Shown in pieces: positions 24,937-32,604 of a stretch of 43,722 bases of DNA. Origin of the DNA: a virus; IMG/VR virus record IMGVR_UViG_3300047316_000096, positions 1 through 43,722 of that record. One strand, given 5' to 3'. Position 1 is the first letter of the stretch. Each line of letters starts with the position of its first letter. The notes below the pieces were generated by a model. That model was not told the origin of the DNA and searched no databases. It saw only the letters and a list, made by a program, of their open reading frames with translations. The position numbers were made by a program, and so were the translations under genes.

Positions 24937-25728
24937 ATGCCCCTTCCCGTCACATTCGCCACGCTTGCCCAAGGCGACGAGCCGCTACAAGAGTTTGACA
25001 ATCAGTTTGCCGCGGTGTCGCTCGGTCTCAACGTGGGTTGCTCAACTACTGGTCAAAACAATCTCGTGATCACGCCTTTTGCGTGGTCCCCTTCGTTCTC
25101 CCAATATCAAAACTTTCAGCCTAAATATGTTTTTTATGCCGCACAAACCTCCACAGGTCCGGTGACCATCCAAGTGGCCGGCTTGTCAGCATTGCCGGCA
25201 TACGGAGGTAACGGCGGTGTTGCGCTGGGGGCCGGCAGCTTGGTCGCTAATAATGTTTATGAAGCCTATTATTGGGTGGCGCTCAACAGTGGTGCGGGCG
25301 GCTTCGTCGTCAACGCGCAGACGCCGATCACGTCGCAGGGGTCGTGGGTGCCCACATTGGCGGGACTGTCAGTGACCGGAACCCCGGTCTACGGCATCCA
25401 ACAGGGGAGCTATGAACAAATTGGGCGCCAGGTTACGGCGAGATTCTACGTCACTACGACTGCCATCACCGGGATATCAGGGAATATTGCCATTGGCGGA
25501 CTGCCTTTCGCGAATAACTCTTCGGAAACTGGATTTTGTGCGCTGTCTTTTTTTGCCGGTTGGACGGCTCCTGCCAACTTCGCATATATGGGCGCGATAT
25601 TAGACCCCAGCGTAAACTTCGTTCGTCTCATTGCGAGCGGATTTGCAGGTGGTGCGCTGAGCTCAGTAACCAACGCACAGCTCGCCGCCGCCACAAACTT
25701 TGCTGGCGTCATTTCGTACCATGTGTGA
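24937..25728 (+). CDS. Tail fibre protein (263 aa)
   Basis: The N-terminal FATLAQGDEPLQEFDNQFAAV resembles the conserved N-termini of short tail fibres. The remainder is beta-rich. Confidence 0.5.
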   Translation: MPLPVTFATLAQGDEPLQEFDNQFAAVSLGLNVGCSTTGQNNLVITPFAWSPSFSQYQNFQPKYVFYAAQTSTGPVTIQVAGLSALPAYGGNGGVALGAGSLVANNVYEAYYWVALNSGAGGFVVNAQTPITSQGSWVPTLAGLSVTGTPVYGIQQGSYEQIGRQVTARFYVTTTAITGISGNIAIGGLPFANNSSETGFCALSFFAGWTAPANFAYMGAILDPSVNFVRLIASGFAGGALSSVTNAQLAAATNFAGVISYHV

Positions 25729-25731
25729 GCC

Positions 25732-26061
25732 ATGATCAAATACTTTCCCGATGGCTCGGGCGTTCTGATCGCGGACAGCGGCGCGCGACAGGCTTTCCGC
25801 GCCGGCATCAGTCCCAAAGACCTGCTGGCAATGATGGCTCGGTTCCTCTCAACCAACGCCGCCTCTACGCCGCCCGTTACCGTCGTGGTGGACATGAACA
25901 CCGTCACCCAGCTACAGGCATTGGTGGATACCGTTCAGAGCAACGCTACCGCGTCCCAGGCCCTTGCCGTGACAGTCAGGTCGGACCTCAACGCTGCCCG
26001 TAGCGCGGTACAGACGATCCAGTCCGATATTTCTGCCATCAAGGCCAAAATTGGTCTATAA
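25732..26061 (+). CDS. Hypothetical protein with C-terminal coiled coil (109 aa)
   Basis: ORF with heptad-like TQLQALVDTVQSN...IQSDISAIKAKI. Confidence 0.5.
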   Translation: MIKYFPDGSGVLIADSGARQAFRAGISPKDLLAMMARFLSTNAASTPPVTVVVDMNTVTQLQALVDTVQSNATASQALAVTVRSDLNAARSAVQTIQSDISAIKAKIGL

Positions 26062-26067
26062 GAGCGA

Positions 26068-26349
26068 ATGGACCTTCATGTTTTCGTCCACAATGACGCC
26101 AGCGACCGGCTAGACCGGATTCTCAAACTATTGGAGCAAATCATGGCCGCTATCGACACCCTGAAGACCGACATCGCCGCCCTCATCGCAGAGGCGGTAA
26201 AAGACCTCACCGCGGCGATGGACGCCGCCAAAGCGACCAGCAATGATCCCGCAATTGCTCAACTGGATACCCAGGTAACGGCTGCTACCCAAGCTCTCAA
26301 GGACCAGTTTGCCACGCTGACCGGCACCACGGTTTCGTCCGGCCAATGA
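26068..26349 (+). CDS. Hypothetical coiled-coil protein (93 aa)
   Basis: ORF that looks helical throughout (LKLLEQIMAAIDTLKTDIAALIAEAVKDL). Confidence 0.5.
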   Translation: MDLHVFVHNDASDRLDRILKLLEQIMAAIDTLKTDIAALIAEAVKDLTAAMDAAKATSNDPAIAQLDTQVTAATQALKDQFATLTGTTVSSGQ

Positions 26350-27293
26350 GCGTCCCGTCCTACGAGGCCGTCAAGGGCGTCTATCAAAATCTGTGGGACA
26401 CGCTCGTCCCCACGGCCTCCCACATGCCCGAGCTCGATACGATTGCCCAGCGGGCTCTCGACCATAAGCCGGCCTACCAAGCCGTCGCGCAGACCGTGTG
26501 GGGCACGCCGGATTACTGGTACGTGGTCGCGCTGATCGATCAGATGGAGGGCGGCGGCGGCGCCAGCACCTACCTGGGCAACGGGCAGTCCCTATCCAGC
26601 GTGACCACAGAGGTTCCGGCCGGCCGCGGCCCCTTTGCCAACTTCCACGACGGCGCGGTGGACGCGCTGCGCTACGACGGGCTGGACAAGGTTCACGATT
26701 GGTCCGCCGCGAGCACCGGCTACCACCTCGAAGGCTACAACGGGTGGGGGTATTTGAGTAAGCCAGTCACTAGCCCCTACCTTGCGTCGTGGTCGAACAA
26801 GTACACCTCGGGCAAGTATGTCGCGGATCACGTTTACGATCCGAACGCCGTCAGCCAGCAACCGGGGGCTTTGACAATCCTCAAGGTGTTGGCCACACTC
26901 GACAAAACGATCGATCTAGGCCCCGCTGTCCCGGCAAAGGACACCACTGTGACGACACAAGCGACATCGGCGACACCAGCGACACCAACGACATTGGCCC
27001 CACCGACGCCGACGCTGGTTTCGGTAGCCAATCCCGGCCTCGCGCAGGTTATGGCGCAACTGGACAAGCTGACGCATGTCCTCCAAGCCGTGGTGGATTA
27101 CGTCCCGATGCTGGCCGCGATTCCATTCCTCGGCGCCCAGGTGGCTCCCCTGCTGCCGTTCATACCTGCCATCAGGGCGTTCCTCGATGCGTTGGACAAG
27201 ATCGAGGCATCGAATGGCGACCTTGGAACCATCTTCGCCGAAATCGAGAAGCTGATTCCCGCGATTACGAAGGTTCTAAAACCCTCGGGATAG
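26346..27293 (+). CDS. Endolysin candidate: lysozyme-family peptidoglycan hydrolase with hydrophobic C-terminal region
   Basis: WYVVALIDQMEGGG...YLGNGQSL...VPAGRGPF..F.DGAVDAL...GL...W....YHLEGYNGWGY resembles the proteobacterial 'lysozyme family protein' pattern. The C-terminus PMLAAIPFLGAQVAPLLPFIPAI is hydrophobic. Confidence 0.55.
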   Translation: MSVPSYEAVKGVYQNLWDTLVPTASHMPELDTIAQRALDHKPAYQAVAQTVWGTPDYWYVVALIDQMEGGGGASTYLGNGQSLSSVTTEVPAGRGPFANFHDGAVDALRYDGLDKVHDWSAASTGYHLEGYNGWGYLSKPVTSPYLASWSNKYTSGKYVADHVYDPNAVSQQPGALTILKVLATLDKTIDLGPAVPAKDTTVTTQATSATPATPTTLAPPTPTLVSVANPGLAQVMAQLDKLTHVLQAVVDYVPMLAAIPFLGAQVAPLLPFIPAIRAFLDALDKIEASNGDLGTIFAEIEKLIPAITKVLKPSG

Positions 27294-27295
27294 CC

Positions 27296-27553
27296 ATGAC
27301 ACTCGATCAGTGGTCCCAACTCGTTACTGCGATAGCGGCAGCAATTGCCGCGATCCTCGGCGCCGTCAATCGGAATCATATGTTGAACCAAGACGTTCAA
27401 CTTAGACAGAACTCTAACAAAATTGAGGAAATCCACCTTGCGACGAACTCGATGAAGGACGAGCTGGTTGCCGCGGTGAAGAGTGAAGCGACAGCAGCCG
27501 GTATTGCGACGGGCAAGGCGCAGCAGAAGGCTTCAGACATTTCCAACAGGTAG
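27296..27553 (+). CDS. N-terminally anchored membrane protein (85 aa), i-spanin-like or holin-associated
   Basis: TM helix LVTAIAAAIAAILGAV followed by a charged helical region. Located in the lysis cassette. Confidence 0.45.
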   Translation: MTLDQWSQLVTAIAAAIAAILGAVNRNHMLNQDVQLRQNSNKIEEIHLATNSMKDELVAAVKSEATAAGIATGKAQQKASDISNR

Positions 27554-27559
27554 GCCCAA

Positions 27560-27853
27560 ATGAATGAGGATCAGGCTTACTCTATTCTACGGAGTGTGCT
27601 TGCATTCTTCGGAGGGATTGCGGTTAGCAAAGGATTTCTGACAAGCGAGTCTTTGGTGCTTTTGACCGGGCTTGGCTTATCGGTGTTTCCCGTCGTGTGG
27701 GGCGTGATGAAACACACAACGGCGGCTAAGATCGAAGCAGTGGAAAAAATGCCGGAAGTCAAGCAGATCGTCATCATATCCACCGCCAACGGCATTCTTC
27801 AGCAAATGGCCGCAGACACAAACCACAAGATCGTCAAGGAGGGTGACCAATGA
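27560..27853 (+). CDS. Holin candidate (97 aa, two TM helices)
   Basis: Hydrophobic segments LRSVLAFFGGIAV and LVLLTGLGLSVFPVVWGV, with a charged C-terminus. Confidence 0.45.
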   Translation: MNEDQAYSILRSVLAFFGGIAVSKGFLTSESLVLLTGLGLSVFPVVWGVMKHTTAAKIEAVEKMPEVKQIVIISTANGILQQMAADTNHKIVKEGDQ

Positions 27854-28083
27854 CCGACACCATCGACCCTAACTCACTCACTGACTTTCTAAAATCTCAC
27901 GATCTTCCGAGCGACTACACGGCCCGCGCCGCGCTGGCGCATCGAAACGATATCCTGAACTACATTGGCACGGCCGAGCAGAACTCTCGCTTGCTGGCGG
28001 CGCTGCGCCAGCAGTCGGACAATCCGACTGTATGGCAGAGCCTCAAGGCGGAGTGGCGGAAGCTGCTGGGGGAAAAGCCATGA
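27850..28083 (+). CDS. Hypothetical soluble protein in the lysis cassette (77 aa)
   Basis: ATGA overlap with the upstream stop. No TM segment. Confidence 0.45.
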   Translation: MTDTIDPNSLTDFLKSHDLPSDYTARAALAHRNDILNYIGTAEQNSRLLAALRQQSDNPTVWQSLKAEWRKLLGEKP

Positions 28084-28313
28084 TAGGCGCCCTCATCGGA
28101 CTTATATTGCTGTGCGTTGTGCTCGGGGCCTTGTTCTGGGGAGGTCAGCAGCTTCTCGCGCTTGTCCCGATGGCTGAACCGTTCGCAACCATCGTCCGCG
28201 TGCTTCTTGTTCTGATTCTAGTTTTCATCGTTGTGTACGCGATCAGGATACTTCTTGGTTACGCTGGCATCCACGTCCCCTCATTCACGATGCTCGACCA
28301 GTTCATCGCCTGA
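28080..28313 (+). CDS. Small membrane protein (77 aa, two TM helices), last gene of the plus-strand late block
   Basis: ATGA overlap. Hydrophobic segments IGALIGLILLCVVLGALFW and IVRVLLVLILVFIVVYAI. Confidence 0.5.
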   Translation: MIGALIGLILLCVVLGALFWGGQQLLALVPMAEPFATIVRVLLVLILVFIVVYAIRILLGYAGIHVPSFTMLDQFIA

Positions 28314-28344
28314 CCATCTTCCACGGGGAGTGCATACACAATTC

Positions 28345-28382
28345 GGCCCACTCTCTCGCCTCTAGGCGAGAGGCAAACGGGC
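28345..28382. terminator. Hairpin between convergent operons (possible bidirectional terminator)
   Basis: ggccc-a-ctctctcgcc-tcta-ggcgagag-gcaaac-gggcc read directly. It lies between the plus-strand stop at 28313 and the minus-strand stop at 28439. There is no clear U-run. Confidence 0.35.
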
Positions 28383-28438
28383 CAAACGTCGTATGCTGGC
28401 GCTTGTCGATAACGACAAACACCGGCACGTGCAATGAT

Positions 28439-28681
28439 TCACGAGTCCTGCGCATCCTTGAACGTCTCGGCGAACGGCGCGGTGATGAATTTCAGGATGC
28501 GATCATATATTTCATATACGTCGGTACAACCTGGCGCGCCCGCCTCGCAGACTTTAATCGCCTGCTCCACACACCACTGACGCACGCGCATCTCGTCCAT
28601 CTGCTTCGCCAGCGCGTCGCGCCAGTTCTGCATCAGCGATTGAACCTGCGCGTCATCCATTCGATTTCTCCAACGTAGCAT
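28439..28681 (-). CDS. Hypothetical protein (73-80 aa)
   Basis: Last ORF of the leftward operon. The start is either ATG 28681 or ATG 28660 (MDDAQ...), and both overlap the upstream gene end. Confidence 0.5.
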   Translation of the reverse strand: MLRWRNRMDDAQVQSLMQNWRDALAKQMDEMRVRQWCVEQAIKVCEAGAPGCTDVYEIYDRILKFITAPFAETFKDAQDS

Positions 28682-29738
28682 CCACGGCCTGCGCGGCAGG
28701 CTTGTGGCGGCGGTCCAGCGCAGCCTTTAAGATTGATTGGTCGGCGGGCTCTATCGTCTTCCATGCCATCTGAAGGCGCGGCATCCCGCCCTCCGCTGAT
28801 TTGGCTAGCATGGCGTCCAGCCATGCAATCCTCTCACTCTCGTCAATGCCGGCCGGAGGCCCCGTGGGTTCGAGGGCGGACCCCCCGGCCGGTTGATCGG
28901 GCGGCGTCGGCGGCGATGTCTGTGTAGTCACCGTCGCTGTTTCGGAAGCCAATACAGGGGAGCTCCCGGTCGCCCAATGCGCAAGTTTCTCGCCGATGTC
29001 CTCGCTCAACGGCGCGCGCTCGGCAAACACGCTCTTGAACTGCTGTGGCAGCTTCATCATCATCCGCTCGCCAACGTAATCGCTACGCCACGTCGGCACG
29101 CCGTCAGATCGCGGTTCGAGCATACAGTTGACCGTCATTTCGTACAGCCATTCCTCGCCAGCGATCGGCATCCAGCCCATTTCAACGATGTCCGTTTTCC
29201 CGTCCGGCCGTCGCATCGGTTTGGTCTTTTCCTTGGCTCGGAAGCAGAAGATGAAACAGCCCGGCAATTGCTTCATGCCCTCGATCATCTTCTGCCGCAG
29301 CGGGCCAGCCGTGGCCCAGCCCAGCATCTTCACAGCCTCGCGCTTGCGGTAGTCGTCGCCCGCCACGCGCGTCACGACGGCCTCGGCCGTTTCGAGGTAC
29401 CCGCCCTCGCCAACGTGCTCGTGGGACATTGAGTCCACGATGATAACGCGCGCCCCTTGGCCGCTGCACCACCGCACGGCCTCTAGGTAGTCCAGCGAGC
29501 CAAAGGGCGGCGCGAACGGGACATGTTTGAATTTGAATTGATCCGCATAGTGGAGCATGCGGCTGTTCTCGGTGTCCAGCCCGTAGATGTCGCCTCCGCA
29601 CACGCGCTGCATCCCGGTCGCGAGGCGGAGCGCGCTGTAGGTCTTGCCGCCTCCTGACGGACTCATAATCCCGATCAACAGCGGCACGCTGTTGCGGACG
29701 GCCGGCTCGGCGTGGAAAACGCGGCGAGGCGCCATCAC
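28653..29738 (-). CDS. Sak4-like RecA-family ATPase (AAA_24-type recombination protein)
   Basis: Walker A GIMSPSGGGKTYSALRLA and Walker B RVIIVDSMSHEH. Size and pairing with an exonuclease are typical of Sak4-type phage recombinases. Confidence 0.65.
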   Translation of the reverse strand: MMAPRRVFHAEPAVRNSVPLLIGIMSPSGGGKTYSALRLATGMQRVCGGDIYGLDTENSRMLHYADQFKFKHVPFAPPFGSLDYLEAVRWCSGQGARVIIVDSMSHEHVGEGGYLETAEAVVTRVAGDDYRKREAVKMLGWATAGPLRQKMIEGMKQLPGCFIFCFRAKEKTKPMRRPDGKTDIVEMGWMPIAGEEWLYEMTVNCMLEPRSDGVPTWRSDYVGERMMMKLPQQFKSVFAERAPLSEDIGEKLAHWATGSSPVLASETATVTTQTSPPTPPDQPAGGSALEPTGPPAGIDESERIAWLDAMLAKSAEGGMPRLQMAWKTIEPADQSILKAALDRRHKPAAQAVDATLEKSNG

Positions 29739-30856
29739 CCGGCATCCTGAATCGTCGTCGTGCCGGCCGGCAGCTTGTTCGCCTTGCGGCGCTTGTCGTC
29801 GGGTTTGGCGGGCTTGTACGGGCCGCGCCGGCCCTTGGCGCCCTTGCGGGGCTGGTAGATATGCGAGACGTGACTGACGTGAGTTGATCCCGCCTCACGC
29901 GCGATGGCCTCCACCTCTCGGTGCGTCAACGCCGTCGTCAGAAATGGATCGTTTGCCGCTAGCGCCACCATCTCGTCATTCAACTCGCGCAAGAGCCAAG
30001 CGGACTCCTTCCACGCCGCCCCGCCGATCGGGGCGCTGGCGCGCGAATAGCCTGGCCACACGTTGCGATCCATGCAAGCTTTCCAGATCGCTACGGCCGC
30101 GGCGACCTGTTTGTGGGCGATCGTGCGCGCGGCGCTGTTCGGCTCTACGACGGAACAGAGGTACGGCGGCTCGTTCTCCTGCACCAAAAACTTCCATCGC
30201 ACGCGGCCGGCGAGCGCGGGCTTGAGCGTGACAACGATCCGTTCCTGGAATGCCGACTGAAACGCAAAGTGGTCGTCCATACGTCCGCCCAACAGCACGG
30301 GGTTGGCGGTGCCGGCCGTCGTCTTGTAGTCCCAACACACCACGCCGTCAGGGATTTTGGCGCCGTAGAAATCGATCAGGGTCCGCGTCCAGCAACCGAC
30401 CGGATCGCGGGACAGACCGCACAATTCGATGTCGCCAAATTCCGGGTTGAAGGCGTGCATCCCGCCCTCGATATCCTTCAATTGCTTGCGGGCCTCGATC
30501 GCCATCGCGGACGCAGCTTCGTGGTGTTTGTAGAGAATCGGCACGCGGCCGGCTGCGCGCAAGGCATCGCGCTCCTGTTGGGCCGCCTTGGTCCGGTAGT
30601 CGTCAGCCTCGATCACCGAGAACGATGCGCCGCGGCCAAGCAGCAGCACATGCGCGACGCTGCCGCGGTCCATGCGGGTATCCTCGGCGGACACGTAATT
30701 CGGATTAAGCCTCGGGTGCTGCCACCACGCGGCACGAGGGCACCGCTCAAGCAGCACTTGGCCGATCGAATTGGACAACGACGCCTCCGGCGCCGGATCG
30801 GAATGATATTCGGCCTCGTCAATCTCCCAAAATCCGGGCTCGGGTAGTGTGGTCAT
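29735..30856 (-). CDS. PD-(D/E)XK family exonuclease (phage recombination exonuclease)
   Basis: Motifs GSVAHVLLLG, LIDFYG...VVCWDYKTT (D...DxK) and a downstream FQSAFQ (QxxxY-like position). ATGA coupling on both sides. Confidence 0.65.
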   Translation of the reverse strand: MTTLPEPGFWEIDEAEYHSDPAPEASLSNSIGQVLLERCPRAAWWQHPRLNPNYVSAEDTRMDRGSVAHVLLLGRGASFSVIEADDYRTKAAQQERDALRAAGRVPILYKHHEAASAMAIEARKQLKDIEGGMHAFNPEFGDIELCGLSRDPVGCWTRTLIDFYGAKIPDGVVCWDYKTTAGTANPVLLGGRMDDHFAFQSAFQERIVVTLKPALAGRVRWKFLVQENEPPYLCSVVEPNSAARTIAHKQVAAAVAIWKACMDRNVWPGYSRASAPIGGAAWKESAWLLRELNDEMVALAANDPFLTTALTHREVEAIAREAGSTHVSHVSHIYQPRKGAKGRRGPYKPAKPDDKRRKANKLPAGTTTIQDAG

Positions 30857-31197
30857 TCGGATTTCCCTACTATCTCATAATTCATCATGTAGCTTCCCGC
30901 CCCCCCGTCGCCGTAGCCGTAGCCGAAGCCGGAGCCGTCGCCGAAGCCGTAGCCGTCACCGTAGCCGGAGCCGTCGCCGTAGCCGGAGCCGTCACCGTAG
31001 CCGAAGCCGGAGCCGTCGCCGGAGCTGTAGCCGTCACCGTAGCCGGAGCCGTAGCCGGAGCCGTCGCCGGAGCCGGAGCCGTCGCCGTAGCCGTCGCCGT
31101 CACCGTAGCCGTAGCCGTAGCCGTCACCGGAGCCGTCGCCTACTTTGACCATCTGGCCGACTCCAAGCTGTTCACCGCCAGGATAACCTGTCGTCAT
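30853..31197 (-). CDS. (Gly-X)n dipeptide-repeat protein, paralog 1 (114 aa; X = D, S, Y, F)
   Basis: The minus-strand frame reads GGC GAC GGC TCC GGC TAC with every codon ending in C. There are ATGA overlaps with both neighbours. The leader GEQLGVGQMVKVGDGSGDGYG is conserved with paralog 2. An alternative start is the internal ATG 31152, preceded by GGAG. Confidence 0.55.
   Translation of the reverse strand: MTTGYPGGEQLGVGQMVKVGDGSGDGYGYGYGDGDGYGDGSGSGDGSGYGSGYGDGYSSGDGSGFGYGDGSGYGDGSGYGDGYGFGDGSGFGYGYGDGGAGSYMMNYEIVGKSE
30898..31140. repeat. Degenerate tandem hexanucleotide array (gcc-gta/gtc/gga/gaa-type units) underlying repeat protein 1
   Basis: Read directly: every second triplet on the plus strand is gcc, with a period of 6 nt. 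Confidence 0.9.
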
Positions 31198-31592
31198 GTC
31201 CCCGCCCCCCCGTCGCCGGAGCCGTAGCCGGAGCCGTAGCCGGAGCCGTCGCCGTAGCCGGAGCCGTCGCCGGAGCCGTCGCCGGAGCCGTAGCCGTCGC
31301 CGGAGCCGTAGCCGTCACCGAAGTCGGCACCGAAGCGGTAGCCGTCGCCGGAGCCGTAGCCGTCGCCGGAGCCGTAGCCGTCGCCGTAGCCGAAGCCGGA
31401 GCCGTAGCCGGAGCCGTCGCCGTCGCCGAAGCCGGAGCCGTCGCCGAAGCCGTAGCCGGAGCCGTAGCCGGAGCCGTCGCCGTAGCCGTCGCCGTCGCCG
31501 GAGCCGTCGCCGGAGCCGTAGCCGTCACCGGAGCCGTCGCCTACTTTGACCATCTGGCCGACTCCAAGCTGTTCACCGCTTCCGGTGTGCAA
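31194..31592 (-). CDS. (Gly-X)n dipeptide-repeat protein, paralog 2 (132 aa)
   Basis: Same frame logic as paralog 1. A 66-nt block (31514-31579) is identical to 31113-31178. An alternative start is the internal ATG 31553. Confidence 0.55.
   Translation of the reverse strand: MHTGSGEQLGVGQMVKVGDGSGDGYGSGDGSGDGDGYGDGSGYGSGYGFGDGSGFGDGDGSGYGSGFGYGDGYGSGDGYGSGDGYRFGADFGDGYGSGDGYGSGDGSGDGSGYGDGSGYGSGYGSGDGGAGT
31199..31541. repeat. Degenerate tandem hexanucleotide array underlying repeat protein 2
   Basis: Read directly: same unit structure as 30898-31140. Confidence 0.9.
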
Positions 31593-31822
31593 TCAATTAT
31601 CTCAATTGCTTCGGTCAAAACGATACTCACTGGCGCGCCGATTTTTGATTGTGAGACATCGACACCCGATGAGGCCACCTCAGAAAGTGTCCAAGCCCCG
31701 AACCACCGCCAGATGCGTCGAGACCGTTCCAAAGTCACCTCTTTGCCATTCCTCTTTACCAAATACCCAAAATGCACGCCCGCCGAATAGGTGCGGACGA
31801 TAACCGGCTTCAAATCCTTCAT
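31541..31822 (-). CDS. Conserved phage protein of unknown function (93 aa; RIWRWFGA motif)
   Basis: GGGAG lies 8 nt before ATG 31822 (MKDLKPVIVRTYSAGVHFGYL...). The SRRIWRWFGAWTL / LTEAIEII pattern recalls a widespread small phage protein family. The longer 149-aa track ORF would run through the divergent promoter region. Confidence 0.5.
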   Translation of the reverse strand: MKDLKPVIVRTYSAGVHFGYLVKRNGKEVTLERSRRIWRWFGAWTLSEVASSGVDVSQSKIGAPVSIVLTEAIEIIDCTPEAVNSLESARWSK

Positions 31823-31843
31823 GTGAATTGCTCCCGTTGCGAA

Positions 31844-31876
31844 TTGACATAAATGCTTGCGCGCAACTTTTGTCAA
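31844..31876. promoter_or_regulatory. Divergent promoter/operator region: inverted TTGACA hexamers flanking the palindrome TTGCGCGCAA
   Basis: TTGACA at 31844-31849 (plus) and TGTCAA at 31871-31876 (TTGACA on minus). For the leftward promoter, a 17-nt spacer leads to TTTATG. The 10-bp palindrome at 31857-31866 lies between the hexamers. Confidence 0.4.
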
Positions 31877-31891
31877 GCGTATATCGTAAAA

Positions 31892-32353
31892 ATGGATGCG
31901 CAAAAGGTCATTTCGTTGAGGCTGGCCAATCCGGAACTTTCCGGTAGTGAAATAGCCCGTCGCATTGGTACGTCCAGGCAACGGGTCCAACAGATTCTCA
32001 TTGAGTCTGGCTTGCCCAACGCCTCAACCAATTGGAATATCTCAAAAAAACACCCCAGAGAATTTAAGTCGTGGGGAAATATGCGTAACCGATGCCTAAA
32101 CCCGTACAATCCCGACTACGCATATTACGGAGGGCGCGGGATCAAGATATGCCAACGGTGGGAATCGTTTGCTAATTTTCTTGCCGACATGGGGCCTCGT
32201 CCGCCCGGATTGACTCTCGAAAGGGTCAACAATGACAACGGCTACGAGCCTGAAAATTGCCGATGGGCCACTCGCAAAGAGCAAGCCAACAATAGGCGAA
32301 ACAGTCCAAAAAACCGTGCATCAAGGTGGATGGCGACAAAGATCGGGGGGTGA
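31892..32353 (+). CDS. HTH plus HNH_3-like (degenerate) DNA-binding protein
   Basis: N-terminal [20 protein letters not shown] is a helix-turn-helix. C-terminal [56 protein letters not shown] matches a phage HNH_3-like module. ATG 31892 has no Shine-Dalgarno sequence and may be leaderless. Confidence 0.55.
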   Translation: MDAQKVISLRLANPELSGSEIARRIGTSRQRVQQILIESGLPNASTNWNISKKHPREFKSWGNMRNRCLNPYNPDYAYYGGRGIKICQRWESFANFLADMGPRPPGLTLERVNNDNGYEPENCRWATRKEQANNRRNSPKNRASRWMATKIGG

Positions 32354-32354
32354 A

Positions 32355-32543
32355 ATGGAAATATACATTACGTTCAAATTGACGGGCTGGCACGCGCAGC
32401 ACTTCATGCAGGTCATGCGGATCGTGAACCTAGCGCCGGGGCAACCGATCGATGAGTCCCGGCTTGCGGCATCGATCGTGCGGGCCGTGCTGGAGGATGA
32501 CGCACGGGATCACGATCTGCCGCCGCAAGCGATGGTGCAATAG
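32355..32543 (+). CDS. Hypothetical protein (62 aa)
   Basis: ATG lies 1 nt after the upstream TGA. In frame with the longer track ORF 32232..32543. Confidence 0.45.
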   Translation: MEIYITFKLTGWHAQHFMQVMRIVNLAPGQPIDESRLAASIVRAVLEDDARDHDLPPQAMVQ

Positions 32544-32604
32544 AAAACGGTCCGGGAGGGGGACTACCGGGCCGTAGGATGGTGTTGGTAACAGGGAGGA
32601 ATAC

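Noticed and set aside
30880-31541. Possible CRISPR array or iteron array
   Set aside because: The period is 6 nt with degenerate units. There is no repeat-spacer structure, so this is not a CRISPR array. A DNA-level role (iterons or slippage) cannot be excluded and is noted as an alternative under the repeat-protein finding.
30847-31549. Plus-strand ORFs across the repeat arrays that encode Ser/Arg repeats (SRSRSRRRSRSR...) or Ala/Val repeats (AVAEAGAVAEAVAV...), and minus-strand Ala/Thr/Pro repeat frames
   Set aside because: All six frames are open because of the 6-nt periodic, GC-rich repeat. Only the minus-strand GX frame has uniformly C-ending codons, a conserved non-repeat leader and ATGA coupling to flanking genes.
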